A stretch of 42,835 nucleotides of DNA from Rhodomicrobium sp. (GCA_052145975.1 JBKQNN010000018.1:1-42835); one strand, 5' to 3'; positions 17,086 through 27,152 are shown, counted from the stretch's first letter. The notes: a model not told the origin generated them from the sequence alone. Translations and numbers: made by a program.

Positions 17086-19381
17086 TTTTCCCCCGGCTTG
17101 GGCTACCCGCTATCTGCGGCGCTTTATCCTTGGCGTCGTCCGTGCCGTACCCGTAGCCATAGCCGTTCCCGTAGCCATAGCCGTAGCTGTACCCATAGCC
17201 GTAATTGACAGCTTTCGCGTCAAACTTGGTCAGCACCGCGCCGGCCACGGTAATGCGCGCAAGTGCGAGGCGCCGCAGGGCGGCCCGGATATACGCCTTG
17301 CGCTGTTGGCCAGCGCCCACCACGAACACCGTTGCCGCAACCGCGCTTGCGAGCAGCTGCGCGTCGGCGAGCCCCATGAGCGGCGGACAGTCGACCACGA
17401 TCAGATCGAAAACCTCCGAGCCTAGCGTGACCAGGGAGAAAAGACGGTTTCCGCCCAAGAGGTCAGCTGCGTTCGGCGGCAGCGGCCCGGAGGCCATGAA
17501 GGCGAGATTGGGATTATCGGTCTTCTGAATGAGTTCGGGAGGCACGGCGTTGCCGGTAAGATAATTGCTGAGGCCGCAGGTATTATCCTGCCTCAGCTTT
17601 ACGTGCAGCGAGGGCTTACGCAAGTCCGCGTCCACGAGCAGCACCCTAAGCCCGAGCGAGGCAAAGTGGCGCGCAATCATCACGGCGGTTGTGGATTTGC
17701 CCTCCCCTGGGCCAGAACTCGTGATCGCGATGGATCGCGGCAATCCCGATTCGGTGGAGAATTGCAGTGCAGTGGCAAGCGACCGGTGCGCTTCGCTTAG
17801 GGACGAACGCGGGTCTCTCAGCGCCTCCTCGATGTTCGCGCCGATCGCGGGAATCACGCCAAGAGCCGCAAAGCCCGAAAGCTGCTCAAGTTCCTCCGGG
17901 GCCCGGATCCGGTCGTCGAGGATCTCCAGCAAATAGGCGAGACCGGCCCCGGCAAACAGACCCAGCGCCAGCGAGACCAAAATCGTGCGCGGCATATTCG
18001 GCTCGGAGGGACGCTCCGGGAGCACAGCGGGATCGGCGATGAAAATGTTGGTCGTGCCCGACCCGCCAGCGATATCGACTTCCTTATAGCGTTGCAGCAG
18101 GCTGTTATAGAGGCCGCGGTTGGTTTCGACCTCGCGTTTGAGGATATTGTATTGGATGCCTTTCTTTTGCAGCGCGAGGACCTCCTCGCGCAATTCGTCG
18201 ACGTGCTTTTTCATCTCGTTTTCTTGGCTGAGAGCGGCCTCGTAAGCCGCCTTCAGCGAGTTGCGTATCGTATCCACCTCTTGGGCGAGCTGCTTGTCGG
18301 TCTCCCTGATCTTGTTCGAAATCTGCATCATCGCAGGGTAGCCCGGCTTAAAGCTTTGCAGTTTCTCCTGATATTCGGTTTCGAGCTGCTTTTTATGCGA
18401 CCGGAGATCTTCGATGACCTTGTCCGACAGAAACTGCGGAAGGTTGGTAGCCGCCGTATTCTCGACCTGCCGCCACTGCTGCTCGCTTTTGATGCGGGCT
18501 GAAATCAGCTCTCCCAGCGCCGTGTTTGCAGCCGCAAGGTTATTCTCGGCAGCCGACGCCTTATCGGTGACCTCTACGATTTTCTCCTGCTCCGCGAAGT
18601 CGAGCGCCACGCGCTCCGACTCCTCCATCCGAAGCTTGAGCTGCTTGATTTGGTCGTCCAGAAAGTTCTTGGCATAGGCGTTGGCCTTGAACCTCTTATC
18701 GACGTTCGAGGCCATATAGGCCTCACCGAAGGCATTGGCTATTTTCTGAGCGCGGATTGGGTCTGGGTCGGTGTAACTGACGTCGACCAGACGGGAGCCC
18801 GCAATGGGCCTGACGTTCACGTTGGCGCTTATTGTATGGATCGCAGCAAGTTGAGGGTCCGCCTTGGAAGACTTATGCCACGATCCGGTAACGAGCCCCA
18901 AGATCGAGCCAATCCCCGATTTGCCAGCGGCCGCGAGAAAATCCTTGTCGTCCTTGAGCTTGACGGACGTGGCAACGCGCTCGGCAAGAGCGCGGCTCTT
19001 TAGGAGCTCGAACTGAGTTTTGAGGAAATCGGCACCGCCCTCCTCCTGCGGCGTCGTCAATTCGCGGTCGAGAACTTTCAGGGGTTCCCGATCGATCTGG
19101 ATCCGCACAACTGCAGTATAGCGCGGGGTGGCGATGACCGCCTTTAAGAGGCCAAGCGCAACCACCCCCAGCACGACGCTGAGGATAAGCCACTTCCGCT
19201 TTAGTAAGATATAGAAATATTGAAAGATAGACTGGGCAAGGCCGTCGTCTTCGTCCCCTCCGCTTGCAGGCGCGCTGGGCGCGGGCACAAAGGCTTCACG
19301 CCTCGCCAGCGTTCCCGTAACTCCAGCCTGAACAGCGGGCCGCGGGTAATCGGGACCGGTATCTTTGCCGGTATCTAGCAT
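17078..19381 (-). CDS. wzc: polysaccharide co-polymerase / BY-kinase (Wzc/GumC family)
   Basis: Two TMs flank a coiled-coil periplasmic region; Walker A SSGPGEGKST, A' VDADLRKP, B VVDCPP; C-terminal Tyr cluster YGYGYSYGYGYGNGYGYGYG. Confidence 0.93.
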   Translation of the reverse strand: MLDTGKDTGPDYPRPAVQAGVTGTLARREAFVPAPSAPASGGDEDDGLAQSIFQYFYILLKRKWLILSVVLGVVALGLLKAVIATPRYTAVVRIQIDREPLKVLDRELTTPQEEGGADFLKTQFELLKSRALAERVATSVKLKDDKDFLAAAGKSGIGSILGLVTGSWHKSSKADPQLAAIHTISANVNVRPIAGSRLVDVSYTDPDPIRAQKIANAFGEAYMASNVDKRFKANAYAKNFLDDQIKQLKLRMEESERVALDFAEQEKIVEVTDKASAAENNLAAANTALGELISARIKSEQQWRQVENTAATNLPQFLSDKVIEDLRSHKKQLETEYQEKLQSFKPGYPAMMQISNKIRETDKQLAQEVDTIRNSLKAAYEAALSQENEMKKHVDELREEVLALQKKGIQYNILKREVETNRGLYNSLLQRYKEVDIAGGSGTTNIFIADPAVLPERPSEPNMPRTILVSLALGLFAGAGLAYLLEILDDRIRAPEELEQLSGFAALGVIPAIGANIEEALRDPRSSLSEAHRSLATALQFSTESGLPRSIAITSSGPGEGKSTTAVMIARHFASLGLRVLLVDADLRKPSLHVKLRQDNTCGLSNYLTGNAVPPELIQKTDNPNLAFMASGPLPPNAADLLGGNRLFSLVTLGSEVFDLIVVDCPPLMGLADAQLLASAVAATVFVVGAGQQRKAYIRAALRRLALARITVAGAVLTKFDAKAVNYGYGYSYGYGYGNGYGYGYGTDDAKDKAPQIAGSPSRGKNE

Positions 19382-19675
19382 GGCTGCAACTCACTCCCTT
19401 ATAAAACATGCCGGTGGACGCGCTGCCGCCGGGAAACAATGGGCGCTCTGGCCAGACTTTTTAACGCGCTCCGCGGCGCAGCCAGCACCACGCGGGGATC
19501 GCTTGTGGAAAGGATGCCGTGGATCGCGGCGAAGCCGCTTCCTGGCCGCTGCCGCTGTTGCGCCATCTTATCTATTACGCTAAAAGTGCCTATACGTTAC
19601 GTTAAATATATGCGTAAAACAAAGGATGGAGCGTGGCAAGAAAATTGATCTCCAACTTGTCCGGCATCCCCCGAT

Positions 19676-19802
19676 TAGAGTGCGTCCGGAAAAGCATGCC
19701 TGCGGGCTTGCCCCGTAGGTGCGAAGCGATCTTCCGATAAGACGCACGGCAAAACAACGGCTAGAGCCCGCTTTTGATTGCATCGAGAGCGGATAGGCTC
19801 TA
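19676..19802 (+). repeat. RIME1/Bru-RS-like MITE, full-length copy
   Basis: TAGAGTGCGTCCGGAAAAG...CTAGAGCCCGCTTTTGATTGCATCGAGAGCGGATAGGCTCTA, with TAGAG/CTCTA termini. Confidence 0.85.
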
Positions 19803-19830
19803 GCGCGCAAATGAGGGCGAGCGTAAGCAA

Positions 19831-21336
19831 ATGCTTTTTTGGCTCTGTTGTATCGTTCTTTTATCCGGCAGCCTTTTTGGCGGCGGGACGCATTCCGGCT
19901 ATCTGGGCGACTGCGCCGCGCAACTTCTCGCCATTCCTTTGCTGGTCGCGGCGCTCTGGCCCGCTCTCAGCACGCACAGCCCGGACCGTCACAAGGCGCG
20001 GATAGCATTGGGCCTGTTTTGCGCTATCGCGCTTATCGTATTCATCCAGGTTTTGCCGCTTCCCTTTAACGCTGGGCATGGTAGCACTCTCCTCCTGTCC
20101 CCTGCCCAAGGACAGGAGGCCGGGCCGCAGCACTGGGCATGGACGGCGCTGTCGCTGGATCCGCAAGCTACCTGGGCCGCCGCTGTGTCTCTTATCGTCC
20201 CCCTTGCAGTTTTCGCCGCAGTCATGCAGCTCGGGTTCCAGCAAAGGCTAACACTGTGCTGGCTGTTGCTGGGACTAGGCGGGCTGTCGCTGTTCCTAGG
20301 CTTTGCGCAGGTAGCCCAGGGGCCTCAAAGCGAGCTTCGCTTTTTCGACTTCACCAACCCCGACGACGCAGTCGGGCTCTTTGCCAACCGCAATCATTTT
20401 GCCGCTCATCTTTACGTTACGCTGGCGCTGGCGGCGGTGTGGTTCCAGGTGACGGCGGAGAGTACCTTGGAGCGCGGAAAGCTAGGAACAAAGTCGACGT
20501 TTTTGTTCGCCGCGGCGGCCGTATTCGTTGTGGCTGTCGTCGCCGGACTGGCCTTTTCACGCTCAAGAGCGGGGATAATCCTTGCCGTCGCGGCACTTGC
20601 GGGCATCGTGTTTATCGCGCTCACGCAGAGCCGCACTTTCGGCGGAGAGAGGCAGCGCAGCAGCCGGAGAGCCATGATCGCGGTCATGGGATTCGCCACT
20701 CTTTTTACAGCCCTATTTGGGCTGGGCCGGGCAATCACGCGCTTCGAAGTGAACCAGGGGCAAGAGATTCGCGGCACGCTGACCCAGACCACACTTGAAA
20801 CGGCACTTAAGACGCTTCCGTTCGGCACGGGGCTAGGTTCGTTCGTCCCCGTCTATGCCACCGTGGAGAAAAGCGAGGATATGTTCGATGGCTATGCCAA
20901 CAGGGCGCACAACGAGCTGGCGGAGCTGCTTCTTGAAACGGGGCTCCTGGGCGCAGTTTCTCTGCTCGCGTTCCTGGTTTGGTTTGTACGGCGGTCGCGG
21001 GCCGTTTGGCTCGCCGGGAAGGCCGATGGCGACCCGCTCCGGGCCATGCTTGAAAAGACCGCAACGCTCGTAATCGTTCTGCTCCTCGCGCATTCGCTCG
21101 GGGATTATCCGCTCAGAACCACAGCGCTTAGCGCCGTTTTCGCATTCTTTTGCGCGATCCTCGCCTCTCCTGCTTCCACGCCCCTGAGCTTTGAAAAGCG
21201 CCCCCGGCGGCAAGAGCATGCGCCAGCCCCCATCGTTCCACATCGCGCAAACGCCCCGGTTCCCGCGGAAAAATGGGGAGGCCAAGTTAGCTGGCCGCAA
21301 AGCTGGCAACGGTCAAAAGACGGCATCGAGCGCTGA
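19831..21336 (+). CDS. O-antigen ligase / Wzy_C family membrane protein
   Basis: About 11-12 TMs; GLFANRNHFA, SRSRAG, FGTGLGSF, AHNELAELLLETG and DYPLRT motifs. Confidence 0.88.
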   Translation: MLFWLCCIVLLSGSLFGGGTHSGYLGDCAAQLLAIPLLVAALWPALSTHSPDRHKARIALGLFCAIALIVFIQVLPLPFNAGHGSTLLLSPAQGQEAGPQHWAWTALSLDPQATWAAAVSLIVPLAVFAAVMQLGFQQRLTLCWLLLGLGGLSLFLGFAQVAQGPQSELRFFDFTNPDDAVGLFANRNHFAAHLYVTLALAAVWFQVTAESTLERGKLGTKSTFLFAAAAVFVVAVVAGLAFSRSRAGIILAVAALAGIVFIALTQSRTFGGERQRSSRRAMIAVMGFATLFTALFGLGRAITRFEVNQGQEIRGTLTQTTLETALKTLPFGTGLGSFVPVYATVEKSEDMFDGYANRAHNELAELLLETGLLGAVSLLAFLVWFVRRSRAVWLAGKADGDPLRAMLEKTATLVIVLLLAHSLGDYPLRTTALSAVFAFFCAILASPASTPLSFEKRPRRQEHAPAPIVPHRANAPVPAEKWGGQVSWPQSWQRSKDGIER

Positions 21337-21366
21337 TGCTGCCTGGCGCCAGATTCGCGGCGAGCG

Positions 21367-22893
21367 TCAGGCGGCGCCGCGAACCGGAAAGGGCATCACG
21401 TTCCCGGCTGGCCTGCTCGCTGCTTGAGCCGCAGTAGCCTGTACGACCCGGCGTTTGGGCATGATCAGCGATGCCTCCGTTCCGGTTCCGGGCTTGCTGC
21501 GCAAGTCGAAGCGGCCGCCGTGCAGCTCGGCAAGGCCGGTCACGATCGGTAATCCCAGCCCCGTGCCGTTGTTGGGCATCTTCAACGCCTCCGAGCCCTG
21601 TCCGAACGCGGTCAAAACTACGGGTATCTCCTCCTCAGGGATTCCGGGGCCGTTGTCGCGCACCGACAAAAAGGGCTCGCCGCTGGGCAGCAGCCCCGTG
21701 CGCAAAACCACGGTTCCATTCTCCGGCGTGAACTTGATCGCATTGGCGAGAAGGTTCAGGCAAATCTGCCTGAGCGCCCGCTCGTCGGCGAGAATTTGCG
21801 GCATGTCCGGCTTGAAGGTTGTGACGAGCCGGAGGTTCTTGGCTTGCGCATCGAGCCGCAGCAAATGCAGGCACTCGCGCGCCACGCCACCAAAATCCAC
21901 AGACGTTTCCACGAGTTCGTACTTGCCAGCCTCGATGCGCGACAAATCGAGGATCTCGTTGATGAGCTTCAACAGATGCTCCCCGGATTCGTGAATGTCC
22001 GACGCGTAGGACCGGTATTGGCCGTTGCCGATGGGCCCCAGCATCTCGTCCCTGAGCATCTCCGAAAAGCCCATGATCGCGTTCAACGGCGTACGCAACT
22101 CGTGGCTCATATTCGCCAGGAACTTCGACTTTGCGAGACTGGCCGCCTCGGCCCTCGCACGCGCGTCGTCCGACAATATCTTCTCTTTTTTCAGCTCCTC
22201 GATCAGCAGGTCGTTTTGAGCGCGGTGCTCCAGCATCGAAAACGCTGTGCGCTGCAGGCTCTTCACCAGGAAAACGAAATAGAAGTGAATTCCCGCCGCG
22301 ACGATGGCCATGAGCCAGTAAAACGGGTCCCCAGTCATGAGGAAGCGAAGGCACAGCGCGGCCGTCACCGGGATCGTGCCCGCGTGCAGGATGGTCATGA
22401 CCGAGGCTGCAAACAGCATCCTGATGGCAGTCACGACCATGAGGGCTGCAAACAGGAAGAAATAGGCCGCCTGGCTTGGCTGGGCGAATTCGGTGAAGGC
22501 CACGGCGGCCCAGGAGACGCCATACAAAAATTCGCCAGCAGCGAGTTTGCGCCGCCATAGGTTCAGGTCGGCGGTCTCGCGCGGCTGCTTTTTGAATTGC
22601 CGCGTAAGTGCAAGCAGGATGCCTTCCGAGATAAAAATCGTGGCAAGCCACAAGAGTAGCTGGCGCGGAATGCCCCACTTCAGCATGGTCATGGCGAAGA
22701 CGATGGCTAGGATCGGCACGGTCAGCGCCGCAACCGCCTCGTTCCTCACGAACATGGTGAGCAGGCCGTATTCGAAATCGCGGCCGTGAGCGGCGCTTTC
22801 GCGCGAAGGCCGGCGCCCGCCGTCCTCAGCTTTTGCAGAACCGCCCTGCCGGGCAAATCCGGCGCTCCAGTTCAGAGAGCTAACGGTACCCAT
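21367..22893 (-). CDS. membrane sensor histidine kinase, PleC/DivJ (PdhS)-type H-box
   Basis: AKSKFLANMSHELRTPLNAIMGFSEML; N box NLLANAIKFT; DNGPGI; GTGLGL; multiple N-terminal TMs. Confidence 0.92.
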   Translation of the reverse strand: MGTVSSLNWSAGFARQGGSAKAEDGGRRPSRESAAHGRDFEYGLLTMFVRNEAVAALTVPILAIVFAMTMLKWGIPRQLLLWLATIFISEGILLALTRQFKKQPRETADLNLWRRKLAAGEFLYGVSWAAVAFTEFAQPSQAAYFFLFAALMVVTAIRMLFAASVMTILHAGTIPVTAALCLRFLMTGDPFYWLMAIVAAGIHFYFVFLVKSLQRTAFSMLEHRAQNDLLIEELKKEKILSDDARARAEAASLAKSKFLANMSHELRTPLNAIMGFSEMLRDEMLGPIGNGQYRSYASDIHESGEHLLKLINEILDLSRIEAGKYELVETSVDFGGVARECLHLLRLDAQAKNLRLVTTFKPDMPQILADERALRQICLNLLANAIKFTPENGTVVLRTGLLPSGEPFLSVRDNGPGIPEEEIPVVLTAFGQGSEALKMPNNGTGLGLPIVTGLAELHGGRFDLRSKPGTGTEASLIMPKRRVVQATAAQAASRPAGNVMPFPVRGAA

Positions 22894-23052
22894 TTACCCG
22901 TATCCACTATGCAAGGCGACGAATGCACGCCCGCCCCTTGCCCTCGAGCGCACCCACTAACAGAATTGCCGGAAATCGCTTAATATTGCGTTACGCTTCC
23001 CGGTCAAAAGCTGCAACGGAAGTATTATGGTTTGAAAGGGGCGCCCAAGACA

Positions 23053-23664
23053 ATGAAAATATTGGATGAAAAACGCTCGCCCAATCCCCGCAGGGTCCGG
23101 GTATACCTTGCCGAAAAGGGCATCGAGGTTCCCTTCGAGCAGGTCGACATCATGACGGGGGCAGCTAAGACCCCAGAGTTCACCGCGCTCAATCCCATCC
23201 AGCGCGTGCCGGTTCTGATCCTGGACGATGGCACCGCCATTTCCGAGACGATGGCCATTTGCCGCTATTTCGAGGCGCTGCACCCGGAGCCTTCGCTGTT
23301 CGGCCGCACACCGCTCGAAATTGCGCAAATCGAGATGTGGAACCGCCGCGCGGAGCTCAATTTTGCCTTTAGCGTGGCCCAGGTTTTCCGGCATTTGCAC
23401 CCTGCCATGGCAGAGCTTGAAAAGCCGCAAGTTCCGGCCTGGGCCGAGGCGAACAAGCCGCGCGTCGCCGAAATTATTGCCATTTTCGATCATGCGCTCG
23501 GGAAAACGCGGTTCCTGGCCGGAGACCGCTTTTCCGTGGCGGACATAACCGCGGCGATCGCAACGGATTTTATGAAGCTCGCGCGCCTTGCCGTTCCGGA
23601 GGAAGCCGCGAACTTCAAACGATGGTATGAGGAGGTCCGTTCCAGGCCTTCGTACAACGCCTGA
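23053..23664 (+). CDS. glutathione S-transferase
   Basis: SPNPRRVRVYLAEKGI, NPIQRVPVL, ISETMAICRYFE and FLAGDRFSVADI motifs. Confidence 0.93.
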   Translation: MKILDEKRSPNPRRVRVYLAEKGIEVPFEQVDIMTGAAKTPEFTALNPIQRVPVLILDDGTAISETMAICRYFEALHPEPSLFGRTPLEIAQIEMWNRRAELNFAFSVAQVFRHLHPAMAELEKPQVPAWAEANKPRVAEIIAIFDHALGKTRFLAGDRFSVADITAAIATDFMKLARLAVPEEAANFKRWYEEVRSRPSYNA

Positions 23665-23695
23665 CGGCGGGTCAACCGTGTAGTTGAGGAGTGCC

Positions 23696-24439
23696 ATGAA
23701 ACTAACGGTCATCGGCTGCGGCGACGCTTTCAGCTCCGGCGGGCGCTATCATAGCTGCTACATCCTGGAAACCTCCAAAGGCCGCCTGCTGCTGGACTGC
23801 GGCGCGAACTCGCCGCTCGCCCTCAAGCGTGCCGGGGTAACAATTTCAAGCATCGATGCGGTGGCCGTCAGCCATTGCCACGGCGACCATTTCGGCGGCC
23901 TGCCGTTCCTGTTCCTCGACAAGATGTTCATGGAGCGCGGGCCGGGGCCGCTTGAGATTCTGGGCCCTCCCGGCATTGCTGCGCGGACGGAAGCGCTGCT
24001 CGAATGCCTTTACCCAGCCATAAAGGACCTGCCCCGCAAATTCGAACTGATTTACCGCGAGTTGCCGCCCGGCAAAGCGACGCCATGGCGCGGCCTGCCC
24101 ATCCGTGCTTTCGAAGCTGGCCATTCCTCTGGCACGCCGTCCCTCGCGCTTTCTTTTGCGGACGAGGGCCGGCTGTTCAGCTTTTCCGGCGACTCGAGCT
24201 GGTGCGATGGCGTGACGCTCGCCGGCCGCGGCGCCGATCTTTATCTGATCGAATGTAGCTATTTCAGCACGCGATCCTCGATGCATCTCGATTATCTGAC
24301 CCTTGCCGCCAATTTCGCGAAAATCGGCGCGAAGCGCTACCTGCTCACCCATATGGGCGATGAGATGCTGGCCGCGCTGCATAAGATCGACGCAAGCCGC
24401 TGCATTGCCGCCGCGGATGGGCTTTCGCTCGCTTGCTGA
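23696..24439 (+). CDS. MBL-fold metallohydrolase (RNase Z/YhfI-like)
   Basis: GCGDAFSSGGR, SHCHGDHFGG (HxHxDH), FSGDS, IECS, LLTHMG; GAGGAG RBS. Confidence 0.9.
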   Translation: MKLTVIGCGDAFSSGGRYHSCYILETSKGRLLLDCGANSPLALKRAGVTISSIDAVAVSHCHGDHFGGLPFLFLDKMFMERGPGPLEILGPPGIAARTEALLECLYPAIKDLPRKFELIYRELPPGKATPWRGLPIRAFEAGHSSGTPSLALSFADEGRLFSFSGDSSWCDGVTLAGRGADLYLIECSYFSTRSSMHLDYLTLAANFAKIGAKRYLLTHMGDEMLAALHKIDASRCIAAADGLSLAC

Positions 24440-24604
24440 ACCGCATTGGCCGGACATCCGCCGCTGCCGCGAGCTTAACCATAACAATTGTGCGGGGATC
24501 TTAACCAAAACTGTAAACCTTCTTTCGAAGCCTTTGTAGCGTCACGCTGAAGCGTGTGAGAAAGCATGGCTCAATCGATACTTTTGCTTGCAATGGGGGC
24601 CATC

Positions 24605-25633
24605 ATGAACGCATTGCCGCTTCCAAATGGTTCGGGCATCTTTTCTTCGGAGCGGAAACGGGCAATCGTTTTTGGCGGAGCCGGCTTTATCGGCTCCCAT
24701 TTGCTCAAGACGCTCGCAGCCGATTACCCGGGTGCCGAGCTTTATAGCGTAGACACTGCCGCCGAGGCCCGCTTCCGGGTCGAAGGCGTTCACTATGTGG
24801 AACACGATGTCTGCGAAGCCATTCCGCGTCAGCTTTGCGGCACAGATAGCGCGATTATCTTCAATCTAGCTGCGGTCCACACCACGCCGGGGCACGAAGA
24901 TTGGGAGTATTATCACACCAATGTCCTGGGGGCCTGCAACGTGTGCCGCTACGCCTCGGAGATTGGCGCCCGGCAAATCGTCTTCACGAGCTCGATCTCC
25001 GTTTATGGACCGGGCGAGGCTCCCAAGGACGAGGATACTAAAATCACCCCGGTTAGCGCTTACGGCCGCTCCAAGATGATGGCGGAGGCGATCCACGAGC
25101 TCTGGCGGGCGGAGCGCGCCGATGACCGCCGTCTCACGATAGTCCGGCCCGCGGTCATTTACGGCGCCGGCGAGCGCGGAAACTTTACCCGTCTTGCCGC
25201 TCTGCTGGCTAAAGGCCGTTTCGTCTATCCTGGCAGACGGGACACAATCAAATCGTGCGGCTACGTCAAGGACCTTGTGTCATCCATGCTTTTCATGGCG
25301 GCGAGGCCCGTTAACAAGATTGTCTATAACTTCTGCTATCCAGAACGCTACACGAGCGAAGATATCTGCGCGGCGTTCTCCGATGCGGCGGGATATAAGC
25401 GCCCGCGTCTTGTCGCTCCTATCGGGCTTATGCTCCTCGGTGGACTTGCCTTCGAAGTAGTGTCTAGACTTGGTATAAAAACAAAGGTCAACCGTGCCCG
25501 CGTCAAAAAACTCTACCACTCCACCAACATTGTCCCGAAAAGGTTGCTGGAAGCAAGTTTCCGTTATAGTTACACTCTTCGCGACTCGTTAACCGACTGG
25601 CAAAGTACCTCGCAAAACCGGGATTTCGTTTAA
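24605..25633 (+). CDS. NAD-dependent epimerase/dehydratase (extended SDR)
   Basis: GGAGFIG, NLAAVH, FTSSISVYG, YGRSK (YxxxK) and RPAVIYG motifs. Alternative start at 24566. Confidence 0.9.
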   Translation: MNALPLPNGSGIFSSERKRAIVFGGAGFIGSHLLKTLAADYPGAELYSVDTAAEARFRVEGVHYVEHDVCEAIPRQLCGTDSAIIFNLAAVHTTPGHEDWEYYHTNVLGACNVCRYASEIGARQIVFTSSISVYGPGEAPKDEDTKITPVSAYGRSKMMAEAIHELWRAERADDRRLTIVRPAVIYGAGERGNFTRLAALLAKGRFVYPGRRDTIKSCGYVKDLVSSMLFMAARPVNKIVYNFCYPERYTSEDICAAFSDAAGYKRPRLVAPIGLMLLGGLAFEVVSRLGIKTKVNRARVKKLYHSTNIVPKRLLEASFRYSYTLRDSLTDWQSTSQNRDFV

Positions 25634-25662
25634 GTGTGCGCCCCCCCAATAAGTTTGAGGCC

Positions 25663-27111
25663 ATGACAAAGCATAAGGCCGTAATCGGAACGGTGGCGAT
25701 GGCGGGAGCGAACGCTTTACGCGTTGCCTTGCAGTTCCTTGTATTTCCGATTATCGCCAAGCTTCTGGGGCCGCAGGCATATGGCGTCGTCGCGTTAGCG
25801 TCGCCATTTGTCTTCTTTCTTCTTCTTTTTGGCGATCTCGGACTTGCGCCCGCGCTCGTTCGCGCGAAGGATGCGACGCGAGAGCTTGAGTCGACGGTCT
25901 TCTGGATCGCCATCGCAGCCGGCGTTGCTTTGGGGACCGCTCTCGCCGCGGCAGCTTATCCGCTCGGCTACCTTCTAGGGCGGCCTGAAATCTCGCCGAT
26001 TCTCTTGGGCTTTTGTCCGCTTTTTCTACTCGTCACGGCTGCGGTCGTGCCATCCGCCAGGCTGCAGCGGACCGGCCTGTACAAGAGTGCTGCCGGCATC
26101 GACGTAGCTACAGCTCTCGCCGGGATGGCCGCCGCAATCTACGGGGCCTTTGCCGGCTGGGGTGCGTGGAGCTTGGTCGCGCAACAGATGGCCTTTTGGG
26201 TATGCCGCCTTAGCCTTATGCTTGCGGTTTCGGGCTTCCTCCCGCGTTTAGTGTTCCGGTACGCACTCGTGAAGGACTCGTTTGGCTTCGGCGCGGGTGT
26301 CGTCGGGTCGAGCGTCATAGGGTTTATTAGCGGAAACCTCCAAAACGTTCTGATCGGCACATTTCTCGGAACCGTTCCCCTCGGCTTCTATGCCATCGCG
26401 CTTCAAATCGTGAATATTCCCACCATGGTTTTGGGTGCGGTGCACTACTCGCTCTTTCCTGCGATCTCCAATGCTCATAGCAACGGCGGCTCTCCAGCGC
26501 AGATCTATTTGGGGGCCGCGCGCGCCGTCTTGCTCATCGGAACCCCGGTTATGGTGGGACTGGCGGTGACTTCGGACCAGCTCGTCGCCGCGCTGCTCGG
26601 AGACGCGTGGGTGTCCGTCGCAGGGCTTATCCGGCTGTTGGCACCTTTCGGACTTCTTCAGGCACTTTGTGTCGTGAATGCTTCCCTCCTTCTTGGAATT
26701 GGGCAGTCCGGCCTCGAATTCCGGATGACCCTCTTGCGGGCCGTTTCCGTCGCGGCTGGGATCTTGGTTGGGCTTCACTGGGGCACCGAAGGCGTGGCGG
26801 CCTGCGTCTCAATCGGTTTCACGATCGCCACCTTGGTCTATATGCGAGCGGTCATGCGCGCGGGCCGGATCTCGTTACGAGACCTGTTGCAGACGGCGAG
26901 CGCCCCTGTGGTGGCGTGTGCGGTGCTTGTGCTCGGGGTTATTGCCCTTCGGACCGCTGCTTTGGATCGAATGATGCTCACGCCTTCTCTGGTCATTAGT
27001 ATAGTGAGCGGCGTCTTGATTTACGTTTCGGTCCTTTTCTTTGGCTTTCGCTCCTCGTTACACGACGGTATCTCTATAATGAGGAGCCTCATGGCAAAGA
27101 AGCCAGTATAA
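25663..27111 (+). CDS. wzx: Wzx flippase (ExoT/WzxC-like)
   Basis: Many TMs; IIAKLLGPQAYGVVA, GDLGLAPALV, GAWSLVAQQ and LGFYAIA motifs. Confidence 0.9.
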   Translation: MTKHKAVIGTVAMAGANALRVALQFLVFPIIAKLLGPQAYGVVALASPFVFFLLLFGDLGLAPALVRAKDATRELESTVFWIAIAAGVALGTALAAAAYPLGYLLGRPEISPILLGFCPLFLLVTAAVVPSARLQRTGLYKSAAGIDVATALAGMAAAIYGAFAGWGAWSLVAQQMAFWVCRLSLMLAVSGFLPRLVFRYALVKDSFGFGAGVVGSSVIGFISGNLQNVLIGTFLGTVPLGFYAIALQIVNIPTMVLGAVHYSLFPAISNAHSNGGSPAQIYLGAARAVLLIGTPVMVGLAVTSDQLVAALLGDAWVSVAGLIRLLAPFGLLQALCVVNASLLLGIGQSGLEFRMTLLRAVSVAAGILVGLHWGTEGVAACVSIGFTIATLVYMRAVMRAGRISLRDLLQTASAPVVACAVLVLGVIALRTAALDRMMLTPSLVISIVSGVLIYVSVLFFGFRSSLHDGISIMRSLMAKKPV

Positions 27112-27152
27112 TTGGCATATAGCGGCTAATGCAAGAATGGATTCCTGAAAAG

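Noticed and set aside
17140-17205. Hexamer repeat (YG)n as a contingency locus
   Set aside because: It is the normal BY-kinase tyrosine cluster, with varied codons.
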